Positions 1 through 11,874 of a DNA stretch of 64,000 nt are shown piece by piece. Made by a program: the position numbers and the translations under genes. How positions within the stretch are numbered: the stretch's first letter is position 1; each line of letters opens with the position of its first letter. The DNA lies in contig JBDXGY010000003.1 of assembly GCA_039989895.1 (NCBI GenBank), positions 21,141 to 85,140 of the forward strand. Reading direction: 5' to 3'. The DNA comes from Hyphomicrobiales bacterium. Lineage in GTDB: Bacteria; Pseudomonadota; Alphaproteobacteria; Rhizobiales; JACESI01. The notes under the pieces were generated by a model. The model was not told where the DNA came from. It did not search any database and saw only the letters and a program-made list of their open reading frames with translations.

Positions 1-1
1 T

Positions 2-583
2 TTGATCGTTGACGAATTTGCCTCGCGTTATGTCTATTTCTTTGCTGGCTACTTCTTTGCCCCTCATATCTTCAAGCTGGCAGAATGGGCACGCAATAAT
101 GTTGGGCTTGGCATGCTTGGCTTGGCTATCTGGGCCTTATTCAATGGCGTTTTGATATTCAACAGCGTGAGCGTTGAATTTGGTAGCGAAACCACGGTGA
201 TGAAATATGGTGATTTGCCCCTTGTCTCGCTACTGCTTGGTTTTGCTGGCGCTGTTGGTGTGATTTTGGTTTCGGCTCTCTTGGCAAAAGTAAAATGGAT
301 GAGCTTTCTGCGCTATTGCGGACAACATTCAATCGTTGTTTATCTCGCCTTCTTCTTTCCCATGGCAATCTCGCGCGCAATCTTGCTGAAGCTTGGTATC
401 ATTTCCGACATTGGCACAATCTCAATGATTGTAACCGCAACAGCTGTGATTGCGCCCCTAGTCCTTTACTGGATTATCCAAAAAATAGGCTTTGGTTACT
501 TCTTGTTTGTCCGCCCTGCATGGGCGCACCTTGATGGTGCCAAACCGACCAATAAGAAAGTATCGCTGACGCCTACCGCATAA
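2..583 (+). CDS. Acyltransferase-3-like integral membrane protein, C-terminal part (5' end lies outside the window)
   Basis: The ORF is open from the window edge. Its 193 aa are almost entirely hydrophobic helices (YFFAGYFFAP, VVYLAFFFPMAISR). The family assignment is from memory of acyltransferase_3/OpgC-type proteins only. Confidence 0.4.
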   Translation: MIVDEFASRYVYFFAGYFFAPHIFKLAEWARNNVGLGMLGLAIWALFNGVLIFNSVSVEFGSETTVMKYGDLPLVSLLLGFAGAVGVILVSALLAKVKWMSFLRYCGQHSIVVYLAFFFPMAISRAILLKLGIISDIGTISMIVTATAVIAPLVLYWIIQKIGFGYFLFVRPAWAHLDGAKPTNKKVSLTPTA

Positions 584-754
584 ACACAAATCAAACCCTT
601 AAACTCACGAACTTGAGGGTTGCAAGCAATTAAACACACTTTGAACCTGCTTTTAGCGCTCTTTTATGCTGGCTTATTGTGGTCAAAAATTTCTATCCCA
701 CCTTATCCTATGCTAATACACATAGACAGATGTGCAGCACTTAGGGGGTAGAGC

Positions 755-1402
755 ATGCAAGAATATTTCACTTGGTTAGCGATGGCTGGTACGGCTGTTT
801 TTGCGTTAAGCGGCGCTCTAATGGCGCTACGTCAAGGAATGGACGTTGTCGGCGTCAGTTTGATCGCGACAGTTACCGGCATTGGCGGCGGAACTTTGCG
901 CGATATCCTTCTTGGCAACCTACCAGTCAATTGGGTGGAGGCGCCCTTACCCATCGTCGTGTGCATCATTTGCGCTATCCTTGCGTGTTTCTTTAACCAG
1001 AGTTTAGCAGGGCGGCGAATGACATGGCTGCTCTATGCCGATGCAGCGGGGCTGGCTTTGTTTGCAGTCTTGGGCGCAAGGGCAGCTGATCTGGCTGGGG
1101 CGCATCCAATTGTTGCTATTCTTTTTGGAGCAATGAGCGCAAGTTTCGGTGGCATTTTGCGCGACGTGATTTGTAATGAAGAGCCGCTGCTACTGAAACA
1201 AGAGATTTATATTATTCCTGCAGTAATTGGCGCGTTTTTATACATCATTATCCCAACCAGCTACGGGTCAACCAACTATAGCGATGAATTGAGAACAGCA
1301 ATTGCAACTATTCCTACATTTATGATCCGCGCCCTTGCAATCAAATTAAACTGGAGTTTGAACTTTCCAAAGGCACGCGCGCCATTGGACCCGGACTCTT
1401 GA
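755..1402 (+). CDS. UPF0126/TRIC-type (YicG/YadS-like) membrane protein
   Basis: 215 aa with two repeated halves. Each half carries a G-G-(T/I)-LRD motif (GIGGGTLRDILLG and SFGGILRDVICNE), as expected for a duplicated UPF0126 domain. Confidence 0.7.
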   Translation: MQEYFTWLAMAGTAVFALSGALMALRQGMDVVGVSLIATVTGIGGGTLRDILLGNLPVNWVEAPLPIVVCIICAILACFFNQSLAGRRMTWLLYADAAGLALFAVLGARAADLAGAHPIVAILFGAMSASFGGILRDVICNEEPLLLKQEIYIIPAVIGAFLYIIIPTSYGSTNYSDELRTAIATIPTFMIRALAIKLNWSLNFPKARAPLDPDS

Positions 1403-1415
1403 TTGAGAGCCTCGC

Positions 1416-2024
1416 TCAAGCGTAAGCCGCTTGCACGCATCTCATCTCGTTGAGCGAGTCAAAAGACTCAACAAGCTTGGGATAATTAGCGCGCCAATCA
1501 ATCTCTGCAAATCTCAAATCAAGATAGCGAAGCAAAGCAACAAAGGCAGCCTCCGATATATCGAAAGGGCCATCAAAGGCCTTCACATTATCTTCCAAAA
1601 GCGCGAGCGCACCCTTTATGCGACCAAAATTATCGTCGATCATCTCAGGCCAGCGAAATTGTTCCGGGCGTACAAATGTCTCATAGCGTGTCTGCACAGC
1701 CCGCTCGGTGGCACCATTACACAAGGCATGCAAGTTTAATATTTTTGTCCGCTCTGGGCCACTCACAGGTAGCAGCGTTTCATTATCGGCAAGCCGGATA
1801 AGATAATCACAAATCGCGAATGAATCATAAATCATGACGCCATCATCTGTCATGAGCGCTGGTATCTGACGCAGCGGGTTTTGCGCGCTATATTCGAGGT
1901 TAGGACTGCCTGGCACAACCTTCGTATCAACGCATTCAATCTTGTGGGCAAGGTCGCATTCGTGGGCAACAATCAGCACTTTGGCCACAAAAGGCGATGC
2001 GGGGCTATAATAAAGTTTCATCAA
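1416..2024 (-). CDS. Glutathione S-transferase family protein
   Basis: The N-terminus MKLYYSPASPFVAKVLIV is a thioredoxin-like GST N-domain, followed by a helical C-domain. Its start overlaps the stop of the upstream esterase gene by 4 nt. Confidence 0.75.
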   Translation of the reverse strand: MMKLYYSPASPFVAKVLIVAHECDLAHKIECVDTKVVPGSPNLEYSAQNPLRQIPALMTDDGVMIYDSFAICDYLIRLADNETLLPVSGPERTKILNLHALCNGATERAVQTRYETFVRPEQFRWPEMIDDNFGRIKGALALLEDNVKAFDGPFDISEAAFVALLRYLDLRFAEIDWRANYPKLVESFDSLNEMRCVQAAYA

Positions 2025-2911
2025 TCTGTTCCCTTTTGTGCCGTGACACTTTCAAACCAGTCGATGGCAAGAGTTGCCCATGCTGCTGGCACCTCATGAC
2101 CACCAGGATGAAGAGCAAATTCGAGTGCTGTGCCAGCCGCGCAATGCGTCCAGATGCGGCGCCAGAAAGGCCCATCGGTGATAAATTTATCAGCTCGGTA
2201 CTTTACACATTCATTTTCAATGCGCCATTGGTTTAAAGTTTGATAGATATCCCCCTGCTCCACGTGCCCACCAGGCACTTCGCCCAAAGGCCTACCTTCT
2301 AGTGGAACTGTCTGATCGCGCCAGCCATGGGTATGGAGAAGCTTAACAGGCCCTTCACAATCAACAGGATGAGGCCGCCAAAAGCCACCGGCAACTGGCG
2401 CAAAAGCTGCTGCCACTGTCGGCTCCTTGCAGGCAATATACGAAGTCAATGATCCACCGATAGAATAGCCGGACATAAGAATGCGTGCGGGATCAATATT
2501 AAATTTTGTTCCCGCATCTTTGATGATTTCTTTCACGAATGCCAAATCATCGCGATGGGGTTCAAATTGAGGAATAAAAGCCCAGCCTGGACCAAATCGG
2601 CTGCCGGGGCGCTTTTTGCCATTGGGTGCGATAACCACATAACCACGCGCAATAAAATCTTTTGTCATCTGTTCGCGCACCGTAAATATGCGCGAACCCC
2701 ATCCGCTACCGCCATGAAAGAATATAACGGCAGGACGCGGAGCATCACCGTCCGTTTCAGGCTCCACGGCATAATAGCTACCAAGAGGAACGTCACACAG
2801 GCTTTCTTCATTAAAGCCGCACTCGGCGGCTTGTGAAGACTGTGCTGCGGCAAGACCAAGGCTAATCGCAATTAAAACGGCGCGAATGAGACGAATGTAA
2901 TTTAAACGCAT
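2021..2911 (-). CDS. Secreted alpha/beta-hydrolase, PHB-depolymerase/LpqC-type esterase
   Basis: GYSIGG nucleophile elbow, HGG oxyanion motif (IFFHGGSGWG) and a late HTHGWRD motif. The ATG at 2911 begins a signal peptide, MRLNYIRLIRAVLIAISLGLAAAQSSQA. The track's longer TTG start at 2974 seems less likely. Confidence 0.65.
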   Translation of the reverse strand: MRLNYIRLIRAVLIAISLGLAAAQSSQAAECGFNEESLCDVPLGSYYAVEPETDGDAPRPAVIFFHGGSGWGSRIFTVREQMTKDFIARGYVVIAPNGKKRPGSRFGPGWAFIPQFEPHRDDLAFVKEIIKDAGTKFNIDPARILMSGYSIGGSLTSYIACKEPTVAAAFAPVAGGFWRPHPVDCEGPVKLLHTHGWRDQTVPLEGRPLGEVPGGHVEQGDIYQTLNQWRIENECVKYRADKFITDGPFWRRIWTHCAAGTALEFALHPGGHEVPAAWATLAIDWFESVTAQKGTD

Positions 2912-3027
2912 GAGGATCCAGCAATGACGTGACTTGTAAGACTGCATAAAACTCTCCAATGCTTTCGAACACAATATTTTAATTACAAAGACTCAACCTA
3001 AGAAGAAAGACAGAGGGTGCATTCACG

Positions 3028-3657
3028 TTACATCTTTTGCAATCCATTTGATTCGAGAGCAGCCAAGTCCGCGCGTGTGGTTTTCTTGCCCGACCAATGA
3101 ATGTTGCATGGTTCAAACCGAAAACTAATATCTGCAAGGTCCGCTGCACGTTGGATCACCATCGTTAAAAGCGCTTTATAAGCATTGGTTTCAATTTCTT
3201 CTTGGTTCTGATCTCCATCAATTGGAAAGCGCATCACCTGAATAATCTCCCCTTCATCGACCTTGGGTGTCATGTAATGAAAGGTCACACCATAGTCGCG
3301 CGCGCCATCACGAATGGCATAGGGAGCTGGCATATAGCCGGGGCGCTCTGGTGGGCCTGGATGAAAATTGAAGCAATTGAAATCAAGTCGCTCAATGATC
3401 TGTCTGGTCACAACTGTACCAGAACAAAAAGCGATAAGCCGCATTGAGACATCAGGTAGCTTTGATGTTTCATCAAGCTGCGCCAAAGATTGCATATGCC
3501 AGAACAATGTATCAGGAGCAGTTTGCTTTAGTTGGTTGGCAAAAAAGCCAGCATCCAGTTCACTCATCAAAAGCAGAACGGCCTTTTTTGTCTTTTCTTC
3601 TTTCAATAGTCGCGAGCCTCTTGCATCAAACGATAATCTAACGCTAGTATGTGCCAT
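3028..3657 (-). CDS. Formyltransferase-domain protein (stand-alone, 209 aa)
   Basis: FNFHPGPPERPGY ... TFHYMTPKVDEGEII matches the N-x-H ... D catalytic pattern of formyl transferases (Fmt/PurN fold). The start is uncertain: the ATG at 3657 lies inside the P1 region of the thiC riboswitch, and an alternative TTG sits at 3606. Confidence 0.5.
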   Translation of the reverse strand: MAHTSVRLSFDARGSRLLKEEKTKKAVLLLMSELDAGFFANQLKQTAPDTLFWHMQSLAQLDETSKLPDVSMRLIAFCSGTVVTRQIIERLDFNCFNFHPGPPERPGYMPAPYAIRDGARDYGVTFHYMTPKVDEGEIIQVMRFPIDGDQNQEEIETNAYKALLTMVIQRAADLADISFRFEPCNIHWSGKKTTRADLAALESNGLQKM

Positions 3658-3795
3658 GACCGGGGGTGTCTCGACAAGAGACTGAGAGGTTGTTGAGCTA
3701 AATTTATATTCATTACTATGAACATGAATAAAAGTGCGGCGAGCGTAACTGACCCTTAGAACCTGATCCAGTTCACACTGGCGTAGGGATGGTGA
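3654..3795 (+). promoter_or_regulatory. TPP (THI-box) riboswitch in the thiC leader
   Basis: GGGGUGUCUC-GACAA-GAGACUGAGA at 3662-3687 and ACCCUUAGAACCUGAUCCAGUUCACACUGGCGUAGGGA at 3752-3789 match the conserved THI-element cores. It lies directly upstream of thiC. About 60 nt are inserted between the CUGAGA and ACCC cores, including a 7-bp hairpin at 3707-3730. Confidence 0.8.
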
Positions 3796-5703
<1,908 letters not shown>

Positions 5704-5711
5704 GCCAATCT

Positions 5712-5747
5712 CCAGAGGCAATGATATGATTATTTCGTTGCCTCTGG
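5712..5747 (+). terminator. Hairpin 9 nt after the thiC stop (possible terminator; no U-tract)
   Basis: A 10-bp perfect stem, CCAGAGGCAA / TTGCCTCTGG, with a 16-nt loop. No T-run follows, so intrinsic-terminator status is uncertain. Confidence 0.35.
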
Positions 5748-5844
5748 CCCTAAGAGGCCGCAAGGTTATCAAAATGCGGACCTGATATTTAGTCTGCCAA
5801 TAAGGCACCCCATTTGATCAAAATCATCGCACTACAACTGCATT

Positions 5845-6462
5845 TTATATTTTAGGCGCGACTAACGTCGGCTCAATAAAGGACCACAGCGTCCCGCCAA
5901 TCAAAAGGCCGATTATCAAATCGACAAAAACCAGAGCCATGCAAAAAAGAATGGGCTTGTCGAGTGTCGCCCGCGCAACGCGAAAACTATAAATCAAAAC
6001 GAAGCCGAGTAGGATTAACTGCGAAAAAACCATTGCATCTAAATTGATGAGGCCGACAACATGGGTAAGCGTAGGTATAAAATATACCCATCCCATGACA
6101 ATACTGGCCCAATTTCTAGCAATAATAAACGGGCTATAGCGCGTCTTAATATCGAGTTGGTCAGCCAATATCCATAGAACAAACGGCATCATGGCCCATT
6201 CCAACCCAAATCCAAAAATCTTAGTGGCAAAAAAGATGGCGCTTGGAAAAGCTTCCAAGGATAACCCATGTTCAGACATGAGCCAGCCTCGCTGGATCAG
6301 CAATGTGATCGATAAAGGAACAAAGACAATCCATATCGCTTTGAAAGAATGCCAGAACCCGTCTGGCGTCATATTGAAATATGATAGCGCCTTTGGGTCT
6401 TTAAAGAGAATTCTCAAAGCCCCCGTCAAGGATGAGCGAATTTCATCTTGTGGTACGAGCAT
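5845..6462 (-). CDS. Hypothetical polytopic membrane protein
   Basis: 205 aa with about 5 predicted TM helices. Its start codon overlaps the dapE stop (TGATG), which suggests translational coupling. No family was recognised. Confidence 0.5.
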   Translation of the reverse strand: MLVPQDEIRSSLTGALRILFKDPKALSYFNMTPDGFWHSFKAIWIVFVPLSITLLIQRGWLMSEHGLSLEAFPSAIFFATKIFGFGLEWAMMPFVLWILADQLDIKTRYSPFIIARNWASIVMGWVYFIPTLTHVVGLINLDAMVFSQLILLGFVLIYSFRVARATLDKPILFCMALVFVDLIIGLLIGGTLWSFIEPTLVAPKI

Positions 6463-7631
6463 CAGGAACCGTCGAAATAACGCTTTAAAAAAGCCTGATA
6501 AACACGGGTCAATGTATTGATGTCTTCAACGGGGGTGTGCTCATCAACCTGATGCAATGTATTGAACACAAGGCCGAACTCCACCACTGGGCAATAGTTT
6601 TTAATGAAACGAGCATCGGATGTGCCGCCTGCCGTTGAAAGATCCGCCGTCCTGCCTGTCACTTCTTTAATCGCATCTTGCAAGGGAGCAATCAGATCAT
6701 CTGCCTTCGTTAAAAAGACATCTGACACAGGTCTGACGATATCAAGGTTGTAGTGCGCGCCTTCTGGTGCTGCTGTTTTCAATCGGCGTATAATTTCAGC
6801 TTCAAGGCTGTCTATTGTCCAATGATCATTGAAGCGCACATTAAACCGCGCGGTCAATTTTGCTGGCACGACATTGGTGGCCGAATTGCCCACATCAACG
6901 CTTGAAAATTCGAGATTGGTGGGTGGAAAATTCGCACTTCCATCATCAAATGGCTCATTTGCAAGCGCGCTTAATAAAGGCAAGCCGATGGTTATCGGGT
7001 TTTTCGTGCGCTCGGGATAGGCAACATGACCTTGTATGCCTTCAACGCTGATTGACCCATTAAGGCTGCCTCTTCGACCATTTTTGATAGTCGTACCGAT
7101 CATCTCAGAATTGGTTGGCTCTCCGACAATACAAGCATCAATCGCCTCACCGCGCTGATGTGCCCATTCGATGAGTTTGACCGTGCCGTTAATGGCACGG
7201 GCTTCTTCATCGCCTGTGATAAGGAGAGAAATTGACCCGCCAAAATCAAGATTTTCGCGAATGAACTGGATCGCGGCGGCGGTGAAGGCGGCAACGCTTG
7301 CCTTCATGTCTTCTGCGCCACGGCCATATAATTTACCGTCTATAATTTCGGCGCCGAAAGGGTCACATGTCCACGCATCAGCATCGCCCACTGGAACAAC
7401 GTCTGTGTGACCAGCATAACAAAAATGCGGTGCGCGAGACCCAAAACGGGCATAAAGATTATCAACTTCATAGGTGTCGCCGCCGCCGAAAGGGACGCGA
7501 AACGTTTCAAAGCCAGCATCTTTGAGTACATCTTCAAGATAGTCGAGTGCCCCTGCCTCTGCTGGTGTTACAGAAGGGCAGCGAATAAGCTTTTGTGCAA
7601 TCTTGATTGGATCAGGTTTTAAAACAGTCAT
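6462..7631 (-). CDS. dapE: Succinyl-diaminopimelate desuccinylase
   Basis: 389-aa M20 peptidase. The N-terminus LIRCPSVTPAEAGALDYL, plus GHTDVVP and ITGDEE metal-ligand motifs, are typical of DapE. dapD is nearby. Confidence 0.9.
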   Translation of the reverse strand: MTVLKPDPIKIAQKLIRCPSVTPAEAGALDYLEDVLKDAGFETFRVPFGGGDTYEVDNLYARFGSRAPHFCYAGHTDVVPVGDADAWTCDPFGAEIIDGKLYGRGAEDMKASVAAFTAAAIQFIRENLDFGGSISLLITGDEEARAINGTVKLIEWAHQRGEAIDACIVGEPTNSEMIGTTIKNGRRGSLNGSISVEGIQGHVAYPERTKNPITIGLPLLSALANEPFDDGSANFPPTNLEFSSVDVGNSATNVVPAKLTARFNVRFNDHWTIDSLEAEIIRRLKTAAPEGAHYNLDIVRPVSDVFLTKADDLIAPLQDAIKEVTGRTADLSTAGGTSDARFIKNYCPVVEFGLVFNTLHQVDEHTPVEDINTLTRVYQAFLKRYFDGS

Positions 7632-7699
7632 ACACAGGGTTTATAGCCGGTGCGCGAGCGGGTCAACTAAGACAATCAGGCCAACTGATATACTCTATA

Positions 7700-8188
7700 T
7701 CAATACCACTCATTGCCAAGCGGATCATTGCCAAATTGGTTTGCTCCCTCAACCCCCTTTAAAAAACAACACTCAATAAGCAGCCAAAGTCCCATCAGCG
7801 TGACTGGTGCATGCACAACATTAGTGGCCACGAAAGACTTGAGTTCTACTTGTGTGATTGGATGAGTCGTTGTGCTACCGCCTGCACCAAAAAGGGCAAG
7901 ACCAACTGCCATACCAACATAGAGCATAAAGAACATTGGTGTGCGATTGCGGTCATGTTGACGCTTGATGAAAAGCGGCGCCGAAAAAAGGAGCGGCAAT
8001 AATGTATACAGCATTTGATGCACGGGATCTGGGTTTGGCATCAAGGGCACGAAAGGTAACGTATATGTACCGAATAAAACAATCGACACTAAATAGGCTG
8101 CACCAGTACCAACAAAGGATGTGATAAGAGCATATTTACGAAAATCAGCCGCTGATATGCGGCCGTTTGAATCAAAATAGATGCGCAT
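7700..8188 (-). CDS. DUF805-family inner-membrane protein
   Basis: MRIYFDSNGRISAADFRKY start, KRQHDRNRT loop and C-terminal G-x-N-x-FG-x-DP resemble DUF805 (YhaH/YhaI-like). The start was moved to the ATG at 8188; the track's ORF extends to 8233. Confidence 0.55.
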   Translation of the reverse strand: MRIYFDSNGRISAADFRKYALITSFVGTGAAYLVSIVLFGTYTLPFVPLMPNPDPVHQMLYTLLPLLFSAPLFIKRQHDRNRTPMFFMLYVGMAVGLALFGAGGSTTTHPITQVELKSFVATNVVHAPVTLMGLWLLIECCFLKGVEGANQFGNDPLGNEWY

Positions 8189-8273
8189 TTTTTCTGCCGG
8201 TTCAATGATTATGAACCGACAGCATCGCCTCAAAGGCTAAAGAAGCGATTAACGAGAGCTTGGCTTTTGTCGC

Positions 8274-9116
8274 CTAGTCGCGAAGAAGGTCGTTGATACT
8301 GGTTTTTGAGCGCGTTTGGGCATCAACTCTTTTTACAATCACTGCACAGTAAAGGCTAGGACCCGGCGTGCCATCTGGCAAAGGTTTGCCTGGCAAAGCG
8401 CCTGGAACCACCACAGAATAGGCTGGCACTTCACCGATAAAGACTTCGCCTGTTTTACGGTCGATAATTTTTGTGGAAGCGCTGATGAACACGCCCATAG
8501 AAAGAACTGACCCTTCGCGTATAATAACGCCTTCCACAACTTCTGAGCGCGCACCGATGAAGCAATTATCTTCGATAATAACAGGACCCGCCTGCAATGG
8601 CTCTAACACACCACCAATGCCAACGCCGCCGGACAGATGAACATTTTTGCCAATTTGGGCGCAAGAGCCGACCGTCACCCATGTATCAACCATTGTGCCT
8701 GTATCGACATAAGCACCCAGATTAACGAAAGACGGCATAACCACCACGCTTGGCGCGATATAGGCGGAATGGCGCACAACACAACCTGGCACCGCACGGA
8801 AGCTATTAGCCTTCCATTCGGCTTCACCCCAGCCATTAAACTTTGATGGAACCTTGTCCCACCAAGTCGCCCCGTCAGGGCCACCAGTAATAGGGGCCAT
8901 GTCATTGAGACTAAATGACAAAAGAACCGCCTTTTTCAACCATTGGTTGACAATCCAGTCATTGCCAGATTTTTCTGCTACACGAGCTTTACCCGCATCC
9001 AAGAGGTTTAATGCCTCTTGAACAGCTTCACGCACGGGGCCTTGTGTTTCAGTATTGATGGCATCACGCTCATCAAAGGCTTTTTCAATTGTGGCTTGAA
9101 GGTCAGCGTGGCTCAT
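8274..9116 (-). CDS. dapD: 2,3,4,5-tetrahydropyridine-2,6-dicarboxylate N-succinyltransferase
   Basis: 280 aa with an N-terminal helical domain, then hexapeptide-repeat left-handed beta-helix repeats ([36 protein letters not shown]). Confidence 0.93.
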   Translation of the reverse strand: MSHADLQATIEKAFDERDAINTETQGPVREAVQEALNLLDAGKARVAEKSGNDWIVNQWLKKAVLLSFSLNDMAPITGGPDGATWWDKVPSKFNGWGEAEWKANSFRAVPGCVVRHSAYIAPSVVVMPSFVNLGAYVDTGTMVDTWVTVGSCAQIGKNVHLSGGVGIGGVLEPLQAGPVIIEDNCFIGARSEVVEGVIIREGSVLSMGVFISASTKIIDRKTGEVFIGEVPAYSVVVPGALPGKPLPDGTPGPSLYCAVIVKRVDAQTRSKTSINDLLRD

Positions 9117-9248
9117 AGTTTTCTCTCATTTTACATAAAGGACAGTTGGTTTGAGCGAAAACTATGCGATGTGTCTTAAAGACGCAATTGGTTTTATAGA
9201 ATCAGATAAGAGATGCATTCAATTGTCTTTTGATTATAGGAAAAAAGA

Positions 9249-10088
9249 ATGGCGAAAAATGTTAGGCGCAGTGTTGGGAAATTCAAAAGTTCATTAGCGG
9301 ATGTAGAAAAAATCAAACAAATTCCGGATACGCCACAAACCCGCGCGCCAGCTTATAAGCTTGCCTTCGCGGATGATGATTTTCTAGTATCCGAACATAC
9401 CCGCAACATTCGTCTACAACTGGAGTATTTAAAGCCTGAGCTAGCCCTGATCGAAAAAGGGATAAATTCGACAGTTGTGCTATTCGGGGGAGCTCGGATT
9501 CCTGAGCCCGGCGGTGAAGCATGGGCTGCTAAAAACGATATCGCGAAAAAGAACCTCGAACAAAATTCAAAATATTATCAAGAAGCACGCGACTTTGCCG
9601 CTCTTTCATCGAAGGCATCTCTTCGTCACGATGGTAAAGAATATGTGGTGGTCACGGGCGGCGGGCCTGGTGTGATGGAAGCCGGCAACCGTGGCGCCGA
9701 TGATGTTGGCGCGGCGTCAATCGGTCTCAACATCGTGCTTGAACACGAACAGGCGCCTAATGCTTATGTGACACCGGACCTGTGTTTCAACTTTCATTAT
9801 TTTGCTATTCGTAAAATGCATTTTCTTGTGCGCGCGCGAGCCGTCGCCGTCTTTCCAGGTGGTTTTGGCACCATGGATGAATTGTTTGAGACGCTCACTC
9901 TTATTCAAACAGGCAGGATGGAGCGCGTGCCTGTACTTTTGTTTGGCAAGGCTTTTTGGGGGCGGGTGATTAATCTTGATGCGCTTGCAGAAGAAGGCAC
10001 CATTTCGCCTGATGACGTTGATCTTTTCAAAATTGTCGATACAGCCAGCGAGGGTTGGAAAATTGTCGAGGACTTTTACGGAGAGTAA
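9249..10088 (+). CDS. LOG/TIGR00730-family nucleotide N-ribohydrolase (long form)
   Basis: GGGPGVMEAGNRGA and PGGFGTMDELFE signature motifs, with an N-terminal extension of about 70 aa. Confidence 0.75.
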   Translation: MAKNVRRSVGKFKSSLADVEKIKQIPDTPQTRAPAYKLAFADDDFLVSEHTRNIRLQLEYLKPELALIEKGINSTVVLFGGARIPEPGGEAWAAKNDIAKKNLEQNSKYYQEARDFAALSSKASLRHDGKEYVVVTGGGPGVMEAGNRGADDVGAASIGLNIVLEHEQAPNAYVTPDLCFNFHYFAIRKMHFLVRARAVAVFPGGFGTMDELFETLTLIQTGRMERVPVLLFGKAFWGRVINLDALAEEGTISPDDVDLFKIVDTASEGWKIVEDFYGE

Positions 10089-10786
10089 AATTGCCGCCCG
10101 ACTTCTTGCAAAAATCCGGTCAAATCAGATGTTTGAAAATGCACATGATCCGCATTAGTGATTTCTACTTCCCACGGCTGCCGGGTCTCAGTGCTGTCTG
10201 GTGGATCTTGAATAAGGACCGTGCGCATCTTCATCTCGTGAGGCACGGCGAGATTGCGTGGCAAATCTTCAAACATAGCGGCGCATCTGGGATCAATATT
10301 CGCTAGTTTGATGAATTTTTCATATGGGTCGCGATGCGGCTTTGGCACGAGGTCGGCTGCGATAATATCAAACACATGTTCAAACAAATCAGTAATGCCG
10401 AGCTTATCGGTGGTGCGCTTTGCGTGTGGCACGTCACCATTGGTGAAAATCATCTTGCGCCCCGGTAAAGCATCAATGGCTGCACGCAGATCAGGCGCTG
10501 GCTTGACCGGTGAATAGTCGATGTCATGGACAAAATTGAGATAGTCTTCCGGATTGATATTCTCCACTTTCATCAGCCCGCGCAGGGTTGTGCCATAGTC
10601 ATGGTAATGCTTTTTTTGCATGATGCGCGCTTCATCGAAAGGCAAGCCTTTGAGGTCTTGAATGAACTGCGTCATACGCACGTTCATCTGCGCGAAGAGA
10701 TCACAACTGCGCGGATAAAGCGTGTTATCGAGATCGAAAATCCATGTATCAACATCGCAAAATGGCGTCAGGTCGACGTCGCTCAT
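10076..10786 (-). CDS. HAD-superfamily pyrimidine 5'-nucleotidase-like hydrolase
   Basis: [10 protein letters not shown] (HAD motif I), FTNG (motif II), and K ... FEDL (motifs III/IV). A 4-nt overlap with the argB stop implies they form an operon. Confidence 0.7.
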   Translation of the reverse strand: MSDVDLTPFCDVDTWIFDLDNTLYPRSCDLFAQMNVRMTQFIQDLKGLPFDEARIMQKKHYHDYGTTLRGLMKVENINPEDYLNFVHDIDYSPVKPAPDLRAAIDALPGRKMIFTNGDVPHAKRTTDKLGITDLFEHVFDIIAADLVPKPHRDPYEKFIKLANIDPRCAAMFEDLPRNLAVPHEMKMRTVLIQDPPDSTETRQPWEVEITNADHVHFQTSDLTGFLQEVGRQFYSP

Positions 10787-11679
10787 GGTGTGATCAATGT
10801 CCCTGCGCCATGCTCGGTGAAAAGTTCCAAGAGCACGGCATGTGGTTTGCGGCCATCCAAAATAACCACGCCTTCCACGCCCTGTTCGAGTGCTTCAATG
10901 CAGGTTTCAACTTTTGGGATCATGCCGCCAGAAATCGTGCCGCGCTTTATCATCATGCGGGCTGTTGCCACATCAAGCTCACGCAGAAGCTTGCCGTCAT
11001 CATCCATCACGCCTTCGATGTCGGTGAGGAACAATAACCGTTCGGCTTCCATGGCACCGGCAATGGCGCCTGCAAAGGTATCCGCATTAATATTATAGGT
11101 TTTTTGGTCTTCACTTGACGCAATCGGCGCAATCACCGGAATAATGCCGCGCATTCGCAGCATTTTCAGCAAAACCGTGTCCACCTCTTTTGGCTCGCCT
11201 ACAAACCCAAGATCAATAATCTGCTCAATATTGGAATCAGCCGCGCGTTCTGTGCGGTGAATTTTTTGGGCGGTCACCATATTGCCGTCTTTACCGCAAA
11301 GGCCAATGGCATAACCTCCCTCGGCGCAGATCGATGAGACGATTTCCTTGTTGATGGAACCCGCCAGAACCATTTCAACCACACGCACCATTTCTTTGGT
11401 CGTAACCCGCAATCCGCCTTTGAATTCGCTTTTCAAACCTAATTGGTCGAGCATCGCTCCAATTTGCGGCCCGCCGCCATGCACCACAATAGGTTCCACG
11501 CCAGATTGCGCTAATAGCGCTATATCCTGCGCAAAGGCTTTATGCAGGGCTTCATCGCCCATGGCATTGCCACCAAATTTCACCACAACAGTCTCGCCAT
11601 CATAGCGCTGCATAAAGGGAAGCGCTTGCGAAATCAGGTGGGCTTGTTCTGTGTGGGGGGTGTCACTCACGCTGGTCAT
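10783..11679 (-). CDS. argB: Acetylglutamate kinase
   Basis: 298 aa. [19 protein letters not shown] and other amino-acid-kinase fold motifs are collinear with ArgB. Confidence 0.93.
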   Translation of the reverse strand: MTSVSDTPHTEQAHLISQALPFMQRYDGETVVVKFGGNAMGDEALHKAFAQDIALLAQSGVEPIVVHGGGPQIGAMLDQLGLKSEFKGGLRVTTKEMVRVVEMVLAGSINKEIVSSICAEGGYAIGLCGKDGNMVTAQKIHRTERAADSNIEQIIDLGFVGEPKEVDTVLLKMLRMRGIIPVIAPIASSEDQKTYNINADTFAGAIAGAMEAERLLFLTDIEGVMDDDGKLLRELDVATARMMIKRGTISGGMIPKVETCIEALEQGVEGVVILDGRKPHAVLLELFTEHGAGTLITP

Positions 11680-11823
11680 TGTCCGTTTAAATCATAAGAA
11701 AAATTATCACTAGCGCCATGTATCAGGATGCGAGGCCCATGACAATGTCCAGATCACTTATCACATGGAAGCAAAACTTAAGCTCATAATCAAACCATGA
11801 ACTCTATTATAGTCAGCATCCCC

Positions 11824-11856
11824 AAAAAAAAAAGGCAGCCCCAAGGCTGCCTTTTT
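11824..11856 (-). terminator. Rho-independent terminator of pckA
   Basis: GGCAGCC-CCAA-GGCTGCC stem-loop flanked by A10 on the plus strand. That gives a U-run on the minus strand, 19 nt after the pckA stop. Confidence 0.7.
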
Positions 11857-11874
11857 GCATCAATGACCCGCTTT

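Noticed and set aside
10526-11098. 190-aa plus-strand ORF. Similar long ORFs occur at 4039-4461, 15051-15650, 16491-17057, 18584-19114, 21450-21893, 47318-47866, 57033-57470 and 62571-63068.
   Set aside because: Each lies antisense to, and fully inside, a confidently identified gene (argB, thiC, polA, trpB, accD, ABC permease, the 275-aa ORF, SUOX gene). Their compositions are low-complexity or Ser/Arg/Cys-rich, with no recognisable motifs. They are typical shadow ORFs.
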